From the NCBI RefSeq assembly GCF_032191835.1, contig NC_083229.1:53630001-53694000 (forward strand): DNA of 64,000 nucleotides, read 5' to 3'. The notes under the pieces are model-generated. The model was not told the DNA's origin. It made no database searches and saw only the letters and a list, made by a program, of their open reading frames with translations. Shown here piece after piece: positions 23,501-35,811 of this stretch (position 1 is the first letter of the stretch; each line of letters begins with the position of its first letter). A program made the position numbers and the translations under genes. The DNA is from Heteronotia binoei (taxonomy: Eukaryota).

Positions 23501-25475
23501 AACAAGAAGCCAAAACTAAAATACCTACCTAATATTACCTTGGCCAAATTTCCACAGTAAACCAATCTTCCATATTCAGAATTGTCATGGAGGGGTGATG
23601 TGCTGAAACAACATAGAGGCTCCATACGAGAAAACAGAACCTTGAGGATGAGGATCACACAGAGTGATAGGTGTCAGCAGCTCTTCCAACAGTTTACAAG
23701 GTATAACAACAACCTACGTAAACCCATAGCAAATCTCAGAAGATAGCTATGCCTCTAACCAACAAACATTTTTCAAATAATCTTTTGTATGTGTTGCTAA
23801 TGGTATTAATCCCTAAAACACTAAAAAACCACTTTTTTGCTGTCAGATTGGAGCTGACCCCCATGGCTTTCAAAAAGAGAAGTTCAGAGGTGGTTTGCCG
23901 TTGCCTGCCTCTGGATAGCAACCCTGGTATTCCTTGGTGGTCTCCCATCCAAATAGTTTCCAGGGCCAACCCCAGAGCTGACAAGATTGGGCTAACTCGG
24001 GTTATCCAGGTCAGGTCTAACAAACACTACACAACCAAAACTGAGTTTGGGTATAACATCAAATGGAGAAAACTATCATGGTGTTATCAGTTTGATTTTG
24101 GGCTTGTTTAAATTTAGGTCAGAAACTGGAAATGAATAATAATTACTGAATAATTATAACCAGCCCCCCCCCATTGGAAACCTGAGGTAGGAGGCTCTCT
24201 TCCCACCATTTAAGATAAATAATACAATAGTTCTAGTTTTCTTTTCAAGCTTCCTAGCTCAGCAGACTATAACTGGTAGTGAGCTGCTGGAGACCCAATT
24301 CCAACTTCTTTAAAGTCACCAATACATGGTTGTTGATGCTGAAGGACACAGCACAGGTTAAAGCAGGATTTATCAAATTCCACACTGTTGGGAGGAATTA
24401 CCAAGCAAAAGACCAAAGGCATGCAATTATACTTTCTACTGCCAAATTTCCTCAGATTATAGCAGCCCCGTTTTTGCACTATCCCTGAACAAAGTGCTTG
24501 TTAAAACCCAAAATGAATGACCTATAATTAGAGAGTCAATCTTGAAGGTGTGATCACAGGAACCAAAAGATTTTAAGGATTTGCAGTTTATGGGAATTCG
24601 AGCAAACTTGGGGGCATTTCCACCTGGGCTTCTAACTCTTGCTTTTGATCTAGGACTGAGCCTCAGAATTTATTTTTGAAGGGCAGAGCCCCAGGATGTG
24701 GGACTTAACATTAAAAAGAGTGTCCTGAGCTTGTGACCATTATCCACAGACAATCCACAGCTTGCCACCCACCATGCTGAGCATTAAAGCGTGGGTGGTG
24801 CAGAAGGCAATAGGGCATAGCCTTTGGGCACTTCTAATTCTTTTAAGGAATTCAGCACTGTCTGTCAAGGTGCTCCCTTCCTTCCGCTGATCAGCTAAGC
24901 AGAGAAAGAAGCCCTCAAGGTGGCAGCACAGGGTCTTAGCCAGGATTTTAAATGTGGTGGGGCCACAGGAAGTATTTTTTGTTTGGGGGGGGGCAGGCTC
25001 TCAGTGTCAACTCTCAAAATATCCTGTAAATGCCCCTTTAAAAACAAATGCCACATTATCCCTTTTATTATCATAAAATTATGCAAGAACGTTCAAGTCC
25101 CCTGCATTTTTTCTCAGGGGGGACGGGAGAAAAGGATTAAAGCCTCTTGAACAGAGCGGCATTGAGCAATGGGGGGGCTGATTAATGAGGTCGGAAAGGT
25201 TTCACGGGGGTTAGATTGGTGGGGCCTGGACCCCCACTGTAGCTATAGGCCTGGGACAGCACCTGCTTGCTTCCCGCCATGCTGGAGAAGGATCGAGCTG
25301 CTCCGCACCAGACGGTTCGCGGCCCTGGCCTGCTGCAAGAGGCCGCGGGGGCGTTTCTCAGCTCCCCAGCTGCGGAACATTTCTCCAGAAGCAGGAGAGC
25401 TCGGCACCGCCAGGCTCCGCGCAGCCATGGCCCTGGGCCCGGCACACGGCACCCTACCGCGGCCAGGAACAGCAT
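20057..25475 (-). CDS. TMEM70: Transmembrane protein 70, mitochondrial (ATP synthase assembly factor), CDS join(25475-25263, 23640-23529, 20529-20057), 265 aa
   Basis: The N-terminus MLFLAA.. is an Arg-rich mitochondrial presequence. Exon 2 has the GRLVYxGNLAK motif and exon 3 has [10 protein letters not shown]...[18 protein letters not shown]...[23 protein letters not shown] junctions are in compatible phases (0, 1). Confidence 0.95.
22750..23044 (+). mobile_element. Sauria-type SINE inserted in a Penelope-like fragment
   Basis: Same head, core and tail as the copy at 9710; flanks (22690-22750, 23045-23130) resemble the agtctttaaggtgc-type repeats seen elsewhere in the window. Confidence 0.85.
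23260..23396. mobile_element. Palindromic hAT-type MITE (137 bp) in TMEM70 intron 2
   Basis: TIR CAGGGGTGGCC / GGCCACTCCTG, internal hairpin, perfect 8-bp TSD GCATATAC (23252-23259, 23397-23404). Confidence 0.9.
23529..23640 (-). CDS. TMEM70: TMEM70 exon 2
   Basis: Acceptor catcctcaag, encodes [37 protein letters not shown](G), donor |gtaggt. The acceptor choice is less certain than the donor. Confidence 0.85.
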
Positions 25476-25870
25476 CTCCGTCCCTCTCCTGTGGTTTGCG
25501 CTGCTGCTTAAACCACCCAGCAGGAGAGCCTGCGTCTCCACTCCCTGGGCCGTTCCCCTTCCGGTGCAGCTTTATCGTAATGGAGGGGAGGGTGAGCAGG
25601 AGGCGTGTCCTAGCGTTGCTGCTGTGGGCTTTCGTTTCGTATTTAACGGCAGAAGCAAAGGAACTGGGCAGCTCTCCAGAGTATCTTTATATCGGGCATA
25701 TTTTTGGGGAGTCAGCGAAGAGAGACACACGCTGTAGTCTGGGTGTTACCTCGAAAGAAGCGCCATTCCCTTCACTACTTAATCCTCGTATTGCCTCTGT
25801 GACGTGTGGTTGCAGGGATGCCTTGCCAGCCCCAGGTTGGGAAATACCTGGAGATTTGGGGAGTGAAGCC
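25170..25870. promoter_or_regulatory. CpG island / TMEM70 promoter and first exon
   Basis: Abrupt GC- and CpG-rich stretch against an AT-rich, CpG-poor background, covering the TMEM70 start. Confidence 0.8.
25263..25475 (-). CDS. TMEM70: TMEM70 exon 1 coding part
   Basis: ATG at 25475 inside a CpG island; [20 protein letters not shown]...MAGSKQ; donor CAG|gtgctg. Confidence 0.85.
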
Positions 25871-26821
25871 TAGAGAGGGCGGGGTTTGGGGAGGAGAGGG
25901 ACCTCAGCAAGATGCCTTAGAGCCGACCTCCCAAAGCAAATACTTTCTCCAGGGAAATTGACCTCTATACCTGGAGATCAGTTGGAATCCAAGGATATCT
26001 TCAGCCACTACCTGGAGGTTGACATTCCTTTATTGTTTAGTGATTAGTCCAAGATCACCCAGTAAGCATCATGGCTGAACTTTGTACATGTTCTCCGGGA
26101 TTGAAGACTGAAATTCTGAACAGGTCCAGATCAAATCAAGATCCAAGATAAAGAAAAAGCAGGGAGTTTACTGCCTGTCTTTGTATAAAGGTATTTGTCA
26201 TTCCACTGGCAGGTAGGGTTGTCAACAGGCCTAGAGAAAACTGCCTTTTTAATAGGTGTAGAAATGGGTAACTAAAGCTTTTAATAGTATGGAGGTAAAT
26301 ATCCCATCAAGCTCTGTTAAAGGAACAGGGCTTTTTTTGGGAAGAGGCAACCTAGGGTTGTTCCATACGTACATGTGAAAAGCTGCACAGGATGTGGGGA
26401 TTTCATTCCTGAAGATTAGCTTTTCCTCCACAAGTTTATAGAGATCAAACTAAGATTGGGTTGAGGAAAGTGCCATCAAGTCCAAGCTGAATTATGATGA
26501 CCTCATAAGGTTTTCAAGGCAAGAAATGATCAGAGGTGGTTTGCCATTGCCTGCCTCTGCATAGCAACCCTGGACTTCTTTGGTGGCCAGCCATCCAAAT
26601 ACTAACTGGGGGTGACCCTGCTTGGCTTCCAGGATCTGGAATAAATCATAGGGCACATAAAGGTCCAAGTCCGTGTAATCCAGAGCTTATTTGATGATAG
26701 TGACATTTAAATACTTCTTTGAGCCAGGTTTATTTATCTTGAATATAAGAACTGAATGTAAAGATGAAGCATTTAGTTCTGTAAATCTGTATGGTTTTCT
26801 GGAAAATGCTGTTTTATGGTG

Positions 26822-27180
26822 AAAGCAAGTTTGTTGTTGTTCAGTCGCACAGTCGAGTCCAACTCTGCGACCCCATGGATCAAGTCACACCAGGCCCTCC
26901 TGTCTTCCACCATCCTCCAAAGTCGGCTCAAATTTGTGTTCGTTAGATCAGTAATGCTGTCCATCTAATCTTTTAGCCTTTTGTTACTATCCATGGGGTT
27001 TTCTTGGCAAGGATACTGGAGTGGGTTGCCATTTCCTTCTCCAGTGGATCACATTTTGTCTGGGTTCTCAGCTGTGGCCTGTCCATCTTGGGTGGCCCTG
27101 CATGGCATAGCCCACAGCCTCACTGAACCACACAAGTTCTCCCGTCACGTCAAGGCAGCAATCCATGAAAGTACCTTTCA
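26822..27180 (-). mobile_element. Short RTE/BovB-related element (5' segment joined to 3' end)
   Basis: The minus strand gives the RTE C-terminal peptide (LSRLWRMVEDRRAWCDLIHGVAE) with a (CAA)n tail, preceded by GGAGAAGGAAATGGCAACCCACTCCAGTATCCTTGCC, a BovB/Bov-A-like motif. Confidence 0.75.
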
Positions 27181-27654
27181 GTAAATAGTGTGCATTCAGT
27201 TCCATCTGTGAACTTTGTTTTACCGATGTGTAATGAAATACTTGTAGCACAGTATCAGAGGCTTACCTTGATTCTACTAGGGAATGGTGTAATGATTTTA
27301 AAAGAGGGGCTGTGGCTCACCAGTAGAGCTGCCTTGTCACGCAGAATGTTCCAGGTGCAATCCCTGGCATGTCTAGTTAAAAGCAGGTAATAGGTGATCT
27401 GAAAGATCTGTACCTGAGACCCTGGAGAGCTGCTGCCAGTCTGAGTAGACAATAATAACCTTGGACTAATTCAGTATAAGGCAGCTTCACGTGTTCAAAA
27501 ACCCTGACTTAATCAAAGATCTTAGTCCAGCATTTTTTAATTGGCCAATCCCATGGCTCCTTGAAGAGTCTGCAAACAGAGAATGAAGGCTATCGTCCTC
27601 CACCATTGTTGCCCACCAGTGCCTGAAAATGTCTTTTAAAGCTACCTAAGCTGG

Positions 27655-27835
27655 GTAGCCCAGGCTAGGCAGATCTCAGAAGCTAAGCAGGATCAGCCCT
27701 GCTTAGTATTTGGATGAAAAACCACAAAGGAATACCAGGATCATGAGGCAGAGGCAGGCAATGGCAAACCACCTCTGAAAGTCTCTTGCCTATGCGGTTG
27801 CTATAAGTTGGCTGCAACTTAATGGCAAAAAAAAG
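27655..27835 (+). mobile_element. 5S rRNA-derived SINE (SINE3-like)
   Basis: Head gcagatctcagaagctaagcagg...ttagtatttggatg resembles the 5S rRNA internal promoter (box A to box C), followed by a ggcaatggcaaaccac tail. Related copies at ~4600-4760(-), 13725-14160(+, split), 23870-24000(-) and 26535-26650(-). Confidence 0.65.
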
Positions 27836-28116
27836 CTAGTGAGCAGAACCACATCTTCAGACAGTAAATTCCATAACATGTAGGCAGATGGTGCAGGTTG
27901 CGCCATAGAAAACAGAAGTCATAAAAAACCCCAGAAGTCATATACCTTTTATCATGACCAATTAAATTATTAAAAATATACAAGCTTTATCAGGTAGGAT
28001 AATAAACAAACACGATTTTTCCATGATACAAATCAAATGTTTCTCTAACCACCAAACTTGATTATAAGCAGAAGGGCTCTAGCTAGGAAAAGAATGGCAC
28101 TACTTGGTCTGGAGAT

Positions 28117-28980
28117 TGTGTGACTCTGGGTTGGGAAAACTGCTGTGCTGACTGAGGAATCCATGAGTGCTGGACCAAAGCCATGGGAGGATTTAAGGAG
28201 CCTTGGAGGGGAATTGGCAGTTCAGAACAAGAGTAGCACATATGCCTGAAATTGGAAGGTGAGGATGAGGGCACAGATGAGGAAAGGGACAATAGGTGGC
28301 CAGAAAACACAGTGCTGTAAACTGACCCAGAACTCTGCTAGCTGTGAGTCCCAAATAAAGAGTTTTGCAATCAATACTGTGTCCACATGTCATGAGTCAG
28401 TCAGTGACAGCAAGGACTCCTCAGAAGAGGAGTCCTATATAGACAACTTTGAGTCAACAGATACTGACCAGCAGGAAAATGAGATGCAGGCCTGTCAAGA
28501 TTCACAGCCAACAGCTGGTGCAGAGCCACCGACACCCTCTAGCTCTGGTTCAGCAGATGAACTTCAGTTGGTCATTCCCAGCCCACCAATATCATCTACA
28601 CACTTATAGGGCCACAGATGAAGGCTGAGAACAGAACTACAGACAAGACAACAAAGAGCGCATCTCCTGCTCCAGTGCCAGCTGCTTGCTGACAATGAAG
28701 ACAAGCAAGATTGCTTCTGAGCAGCTAGGTGCATAGCTATAAAACCAGCCAAGAGAGACTGTCAAGTGTGGATACAACATATTAAATCACCAACTCTTCC
28801 TCGCCAAATTCTTGGAACCTGATCTTGGACTGAATTGACCCTATCTTGCCTGACCTAATACTCGGAGCCCCATCATACTCCCTGTGGGAATGGAGAGTTG
28901 TCTGCTATCTATCCTATTAAGGCTGCCCAATCTGGCCCTACAAATGGTAGGTGGGAGTGTGGAACCCAACTCAGACTACA
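28117..28980 (+). mobile_element. Candidate solo LTR-like element
   Basis: TG...ACA ends with imperfect inverted termini (TGTGACTCTGGGTTGGG vs CCCAACTCAGACTACA) and a TATAAAA near 28738; no TSD found. Confidence 0.35.
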
Positions 28981-30158
28981 TATTCAAAGGTGAATTTTTT
29001 CCACGATGGAAAAAGTTGGGGAAGAGAGATTAGAGTCCTTTTCTCCCTGTGCACTCAAGCAAGCAGCCCCAGTAGCTGCACTTGGAAAAGATATAAAAAA
29101 TTATAATGTGACTAAAAGTAATGGTTAATATCCTAAGTTATCTCACAAAACTGTTGATAGAAGTATGATACTCCTGAGCACCTTGGCATGGTAAGATATG
29201 AATGTGATAAAAATCTATACATTTTCCTATTCCCAAGAAAGAAAACAAACTCCTAGTACTGAGAACTGTTAAAAATGGATTACAGTTGCTTACAGCATTT
29301 ACATACAGATTTAACTATATCTTTCAAGCTCACAATTTAATAGTATCAGCTTTTACAGCTAAATTACTTGGAAGTAAGGCCCACTGAGTGTTATAAGGAT
29401 TGTGACCTTATTCTCTTCACTATGTTCATTCAGCATTAAATTTCAAAAGTCACAATCCTTAAACAACATTCAGGCTCTTATTGTGAAAAGCCAAGTCAAA
29501 AGCACATAAAGCTACATTCTTTTCCAGAATGTTAAAATAGAACATTTTAATTGTTTCCAATTATTCATATGTGGCCTACTTTATAGTGAAAGTAGCATTT
29601 ACTGATTTGGGGGAGAGGGAGAACCACAGGTACCACAAACTCACATGTTCAGTATTAAAGATTAGTGAATATTAGTGTTGTATATCAGCAGAATGGATAT
29701 TATGTGGCGATAGGCAGAATAAAGAGTTGTTTTTATACTCCACTTTTCTCTACCTGAAGAGTATCAAAGTATTCCCTTCCTCTCAGGGAAAAGACATCAT
29801 AAAAACATGTCAAATAGAAAACAACCCCAGTAAGTCTTTGGTCTTCCCCATTCTAGCCAAAAGTCTACAGTCACACAAAGTACTCTGTGCTTGGTGAGAA
29901 GGCACTCTTTTTAGCTGGAATGGGGAAGACCATATACACTTGCAAAACAGGCTTTTCTTTTGCCATAGACCACCTTAAATCTAGAACAATTTTATAGTGA
30001 ACGATTATCAATACTTAGGAGTGGGGTTTTTTTGTGATTTTGCTAATGCTACAGAACATTCTTTTCTTGAATTTGTTAAATCCAACATTTCAAAATTCAG
30101 CATAAAATCTTTAATATTTAACATGTGAATTAAAATTTAGTTTTAAAAAATAAAAAAA

Positions 30159-30392
30159 TTAATGTTCAAAACAAATGGCTTGAGTCTTCACCTGTTGTTC
30201 CATTTTCTCTACAACATTCTTCAAATGTTCTTTATCTTGAAAAAAGTAAACATATAATTTTCTTTCAGTCTGTTGTAATTTATTATTCTCCAAAACCTTC
30301 TTCTTAGCCTTTATGTCAGCAAGAAAATCCATAACATACTGATTTAATTTATTTAACTGAAATTCCAGCTGATGAAACTGCTCAGTCAATTC
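30159..30392 (-). CDS. HAUS3: HAUS3 last coding exon
   Basis: Acceptor ctcatttag|GAA TTG; encodes ELTEQFHQLEFQLNKLNQ...ERKLYVYFFQD...CFEH*. Confidence 0.92.
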   Translation of the reverse strand, partial: ELTEQFHQLEFQLNKLNQYVMDFLADIKAKKKVLENNKLQQTERKLYVYFFQDKEHLKNVVEKMEQQVKTQAICFEH

Positions 30393-33300
30393 CTAAATGA
30401 GAGAAACAAAAAATAAGGTTATATACTATACTTTTATATTTATATCAGTAAATAGCACACGTGAATTTTAAATCATTATGTGTCTAGCCGTCAGCAGCTG
30501 TTTTTCTCAATTTGCTTATTTACATATTAAACTTTGGGATTCTCTGGAAGCCTACTTTTATGATCAATTATCAAGGAGTCTATGGGCAAGGAATCGTTTA
30601 GGAGGATCACCAAGTCTTTTCTTCCTGAATATTTGGAGAGGGAAGGGGGGTGGGGTCATCATGTAATTCTGAGCTTTGGATGGGCAGAAGCAGTCAGAGG
30701 CACTGATGCTGCTTCTCCCTGCCGCAAATCCCAGATTCTAATTGGTATATAGACCAGGACCATTAGACATATACACTTCACATGATGAATGCCAGAGATA
30801 CATATAAGACAGATGTATGGTAGACCAACACTTGGTGTGGCTGCATGATTTGGAATATAGCAGGAAAGACAAATCACTCTGGAAGGGAAAAGGAGAGAGA
30901 GAAGCCAAGGCATGATGACTAAAAGCCTGAGGTGCTTGAAGAATAGAAGGGAAAGGAGAAAGGGCTAATCTGGTTCGGGATGCCATTCATTGGGGCAACT
31001 GCCACAAGCTACCTAATTTTTGGAGGCCTGCTATAGAATCTCAGTAGCTTGATGCTGACTTCCAGGAAATTGAACACCTGCATATTTAAGAGAAATAATT
31101 TGACAGGTTTCCCAATTCCCATCTGTTTGCTTACCTGGTTACTAAGAGAGACCCTATCTCCTCTGAAGTATGTAGACTCATGAAGGCTAACTAAATCAGC
31201 ATCCATCTTTGATAGAAAAAGTGTTTGTTCTTGACTCAAGGCTGCTAATTGATCAAGAACTGACTTTGTGTCTAGATGCAGTTTTTCAGCCACCTGCTCA
31301 AGGCCTTCATTAGTTCTGAACAATTGTTTTGCATTCTTTCCTTCCAGAAGCTGATACAACCTTCAAAATATAAAAGTGCAAATTAAAAACAATAGACATG
31401 CTGAGATACGAACAATACTCACAAAAACCTATTTGAGATTTGTAACATAGCAGAAAGAGCTTTGGCAACGCAATACACATGCCACAGGTTTTCTTGGCAA
31501 CTGACACATTTTAAATCCAAGTATTCTGGCCTACATTGTTGATCAGAGTGATAACACACAAATGTAGAATGACTGGATTGGATCCAACAATCCCTCAACA
31601 GAAGGCACTGATGATCAGATATCTTTCCCTGCCGTCCCTTCTGAAGCCAACTGCCAGGTTCGTTAGATATATACACTTCTAGCCATATGCACCAAGAGGG
31701 TGTCAGGGGCTGTGTACGTGAAATTGTCCTGCATTCCATCAGTGTAGATGTGCTTGCTGTGTTCTATCCACAGTGCAGCCTCCTGACCCATATGGCTACT
31801 GTTCAAATGGGTTCTGCAACTCTAGGAATCCACTTTCCTGGGATCAGAAAGGGTATTAGTGAAGGAGAAAGGTAGGAAAGAACTCCAGTGCTTGTATCAA
31901 CAGATACAGAGTCTGATAATTCTACAGAAGAAAAATACATTTATTTTAATTGTAATTTCTTCTGTATATAATGGATTTAATGAAACCATTGTGGAAAGTC
32001 ACCCATTCTGGATGAGGTTGCCATCCCCTATACATCTTTGGAGGCATGGCTTTGGGTGCCCCCACCTTGAGATTAGGCAGGTGGCAACCCTGGAGAGAGT
32101 CTTTGTGGTCATGACAACAAGACTATGGAAGTCTCCTCATATAACTTGTCTGTATCATTCTGATGCCATTTTTCACCAACAAGTGAAGACTTTTGTTTTG
32201 TTTGCAGTGCCCTCTGCGATCCCGACTTCTTGTCCTATGTTTTGCTATTTTTGTTTTTGTGTGCATATTTTAGTTTTGGATTTAATTTTAATGATGTAAT
32301 TTCTTTATTGAGCTGTTAATCTATTAATTGCCTTGGTGGCCCTGACTGGAGAGAAAGGCAGGGCATTTTACACAATATGTTTTACAGTCCATATTTTAAC
32401 ACAGAATTTCACAGAATAGCAGCAATGCTTACCTGTGTGTAGCATTATCTCTTGAATCAATGGTGCTTCTTGGTATTTTATACTGGGATATAGATGGCTC
32501 AGACATTGTTTCTAGTGTCTGCTCCAAAATGTTACTGTTCTGCTTCAAATCTTGTATCATTTTGTCCAGCAGATGGCTGTTATCCCTTAGTTTTCTCAAC
32601 TCAATTTCATAAGCCAATTGAAGAACTTCAAATGACGCCTTCTGTTTGAGCAACTGATTACAAATCTGGTCTTGTCTTGATGTGTAGTAATCCTGCCGAG
32701 CAATCTGTAGATTAAAGTCTCCCTTCACCACAGGCATATTCAGTAATTCTGCATCTTCCTTTACTAGTGAAGGCAGGGTTTCGTTGTTTATCTGAGTCAA
32801 CTGCTTTTTTATTTTTGAGATTTCATTGTTCAAATTAGAAATTCTAGCTTCAAAATCTTCTTTTCCAAGAATCTGGGAGAAAAGAATACCAGATTCTGTA
32901 AACCATACACTTATTAGTCTGTATTCATACATCTAACAAATTCAAGTTATCATCTTTTCACAGGGAGACAGCATTCAGGTTTTATTCAAGATTTAAGCAT
33001 TCCTGTATGATCTGCTCTTATGAAAAGATACACATACACAGTTTTCTAACAAAAACAAGGAATTCTAACAAAAGGTTGATAACAAACATGTATTCTCACA
33101 GCCAATAGCCATTATAACTAATATAAACAAATATATTCCTATAGAAATGAAAAAAAATTGAATGCCATTAGCTCATAAAAGAGATTGAGACTTGAAGGAG
33201 CAACCATGAATGAAGTAGAAAAGATCCTTAAGTGTAGGGAAGCATTGTTGGAGACCAGGATCAGGATACACTGTGTTGTTACCCATCACTATGCATGGAT

Positions 33301-34801
33301 GTGAAAACTGGACAATTAAGGAAGTTGATAATAAAAAAAATTATTCATTTGAAATGTGTTGAAGTAGAATTTTACAGATACCATGGACAATAAAAAACAA
33401 ATACGTCAGTTCTAGGTCAAATCAAGCTAAAATGACAAAGAGAGCAATCCTAAGCAGGTCTGCTAAGAACATTACTCATATCTACTCAATGAGGCTTATT
33501 CCCAGGAAAGTGTTCTTAAGATTGCACTGTAAATTGAGGCTTATTGTACTTTGATCACATCATGAGAAGACAAGTCTCACTGAAAAAGATAATAAAACTA
33601 GAAAAATAAAGCCGTACAAAAATACAACTTGAAATGGATTGATTCAGCAAAGGAAGCCATGGCCTTCAGTTTACAAGACCTTAGAAAGGCTGTTACCAAT
33701 AGGATGCCTGGGAGGTCATCAATTCAGAAGGAACTTGATGGCACACAACAGGCACAGCTCATAAAGGTCTGATACAGTTTATTAAGCACAGGAAACAACT
33801 GAAATTATTAACTATACTTCATTCTGTTCTTTAGGTCCATATAGAGGGAGTAAAACAGTCTGTAAATTTTAAGAAGCAACAGGACTTACCTCCTTCTTTA
33901 AAGAGCAAATATGATCCTCTGCCCACTGAAGAGCTGATCTCATGCTTCGGTCTCTAGCTTTCTGCTGAATTAGTTGATGCTGAGCACAAACATAAGCCGT
34001 TTGCAGCCTGGTAAGCTCAAGCTGCTCTTCACAAATATCACTGTTCTCAGTGTCTGTGAATGAACTTCTTATATCAACAAGCTGAAAGTTCTCTTCATTT
34101 GAACTTTCAACTAACTCAGATATTCCTTTGAAAAATTGTTTTTTTGTATACAGAGTAAGTGCTGCAGTGCTTTCTTCTTCTTGGCACAAGTATTCATCCA
34201 AGGCAAGCTGGGCTAACAGCACAGGTTGAGGGTCCAACCCTTTCTGCCTGCATTGAACAGTGAAGAAAGAAGTCAGCTTCTGAACTCGTTCAGTAAGAGA
34301 CTTCAGCTCATTGTTTATTTTTGTATTCATGACAGTGAACACTGCCTGTCCATCTTTCAGGCTTTTAGCAGTTTCCTCTGCTGTCTCTTTAAGCTTCGGT
34401 GACAGAAGGCTATTGATTGAAGTCATTGCTTGAAGTTTGTTACAGCGATGGATCTTTAGATTTTTAATCTTTTGGAGTGCTTGAAGTTCATCTTCTAATG
34501 TTTTAAGGTGTTCTTCTTCAAAATTACTAGTGTTCAAATCAAGAGGCTTACAGGTCTTAAGAACTTCATCCAGAGCCTCTTCTTCTAGCACAGGCTTTGT
34601 AGAGTTAAGGAGGGTGTTAAATGACAGCAACTCTTCTTCAGATAATGCATGCTGCTCATTCAGATTTGTACAAAACCATTCAAAAAATGCTTTCTCTTCC
34701 AATGACTCAAACAACCAGTCAAAGTCTTCTCCATTAAGGGAAGCTGCCTCTGAATAGCCTATCCTCTTGAGAGTTTCAACAAACTGAGTTCCACAATTCA
34801 T
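30159..34801 (-). CDS. HAUS3: HAUS augmin-like complex subunit 3, CDS join(34801-33890, 32872-32433, 31360-31135, 30392-30159), 603 aa
   Basis: N-terminus MNCGTQFVETLKRIGYSEAASLNGEDFDWLFES matches the HAUS3 start as recalled (MSCGNEFVETLKKIGY...LNGEDFDWLFE). Later exons contain VVKGDFxLQIARQDYYTSRQ, KASFExLQLxYEIELRK and ELTEQFHQLE. Exons of 912/440/226/234 nt are in frame with GT-AG junctions and no stops. Confidence 0.93.
31135..31360 (-). CDS. HAUS3: HAUS3 third coding exon
   Basis: Acceptor tattttgaag|G TTG TAT CAG; encodes LYQLLEGKNAKQLF...VSLSNQ; donor CAG|gtaagc. Confidence 0.92.
32433..32872 (-). CDS. HAUS3: HAUS3 second coding exon
   Basis: Acceptor ttttctcccag|ATT; 440 nt; donor AG|gtaagc. 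Confidence 0.93.
33230..33750 (+). mobile_element. Degraded RTE-clade LINE 3' fragment in a HAUS3 intron
   Basis: Decayed RTE RT C-terminal motifs (HGCENWTIKEVD..SFEMC..ILQIPW; YFDHIMRR); interrupted at ~33440-33540. Confidence 0.65.
33890..34801 (-). CDS. HAUS3: HAUS3 first coding exon
   Basis: ATG at 34801; 304 codons; donor GAG|gtaagt. Confidence 0.93.
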
Positions 34802-35811
34802 GGTTTCAAGGGCAGCCTACAACCTTAGGCACTGTTGGATTTGCTAGCAGGCTTCTTAAGTATTCATATCAAACAAAAGTAGTACTTTATCTTACTGGTC
34901 AAATTTAAGTATCTGCAATGAAAAACAGAATATAAGGTACTGTATATTCCTAGACAATTTAGAATTTCAACACCAATAATAAACCTGTAATTATCTAACA
35001 GATAGCAAAACAACACAGCATTACACTGAATTGTCCAATAAAAATTTCCCTGATCCTCAATATAGCACCTCCCAATTTCCTGGCACTCAAACTGCTTCTT
35101 GAGTATTGGGGATATAATCCAAGAGATCATGAATCAAAGGAGGGAGGGGGGAACCAGGAAATTTAAGGTTATCAACTGACTGACTGGCAAAGAGCTGTGC
35201 TCATTTGAGGCAAGGGCATCACAACTGACTGCCAAATTTAACTATTGCTGCAACAGGTTTAAACTTCAAAAGTACAGGTAGGTCAATTAAAATTTTTCTT
35301 CACAACAAACATCCACAATTCATCACTTCATAATAACTTTTAGAAAGCTGGGAATGTGGACTGCCTGCAGTCAAGTGCTGATTGCTTTTTCTTTTCATTT
35401 GTTAGAAAGTCACTCTATCTGGATGGAAACCTCATTGTTTGCTGAATTAGGTTAGTTACCCAGTGATAAGGATAAAACTCTCTTAATTTCTACTTCATTT
35501 AGCCAAGGGTAACAGCGCTCGAAACAGATTCCACAACTCAGCCAAAATACAGATTAAGTTTCAGTATTTAGAAAAGAAGAGCCTAACATACGGAAAGTTA
35601 TTTTAAAATTTTCATTATTGTGATGCTTTTACCATTCTTCCTGAGGTCCTTGAAAGAAGAATGAGATAAAAATGCAATTTAATTAAGGTATTTATTTCTT
35701 CCCTATTCATCCTGTTTTAATCTATTGTCAGCTGGGAGCTAGCTAGTTACCTACCTTAGCTAGGTCTTTTATGCTTTTGACTGGATCACATTTCTTTTTA
35801 TGCTCTGTATA

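Noticed and set aside
25476-25541. 22-codon upstream in-frame extension of TMEM70 suggested by the ORF track
   Set aside because: It begins with GTG, not ATG; the ATG at 25475 gives the expected MLFLA start.
25169-25873. 234-aa and 156-aa plus-strand ORFs over the TMEM70 first exon
   Set aside because: They are antisense to a GC-rich CpG island and coding exon, where stops are scarce; no recognisable protein features.
30159-34801. HAUS3 as a processed pseudogene
   Set aside because: Three GT-AG introns, an intact 603-codon frame and a CpG-rich promoter argue for a functional genomic gene.
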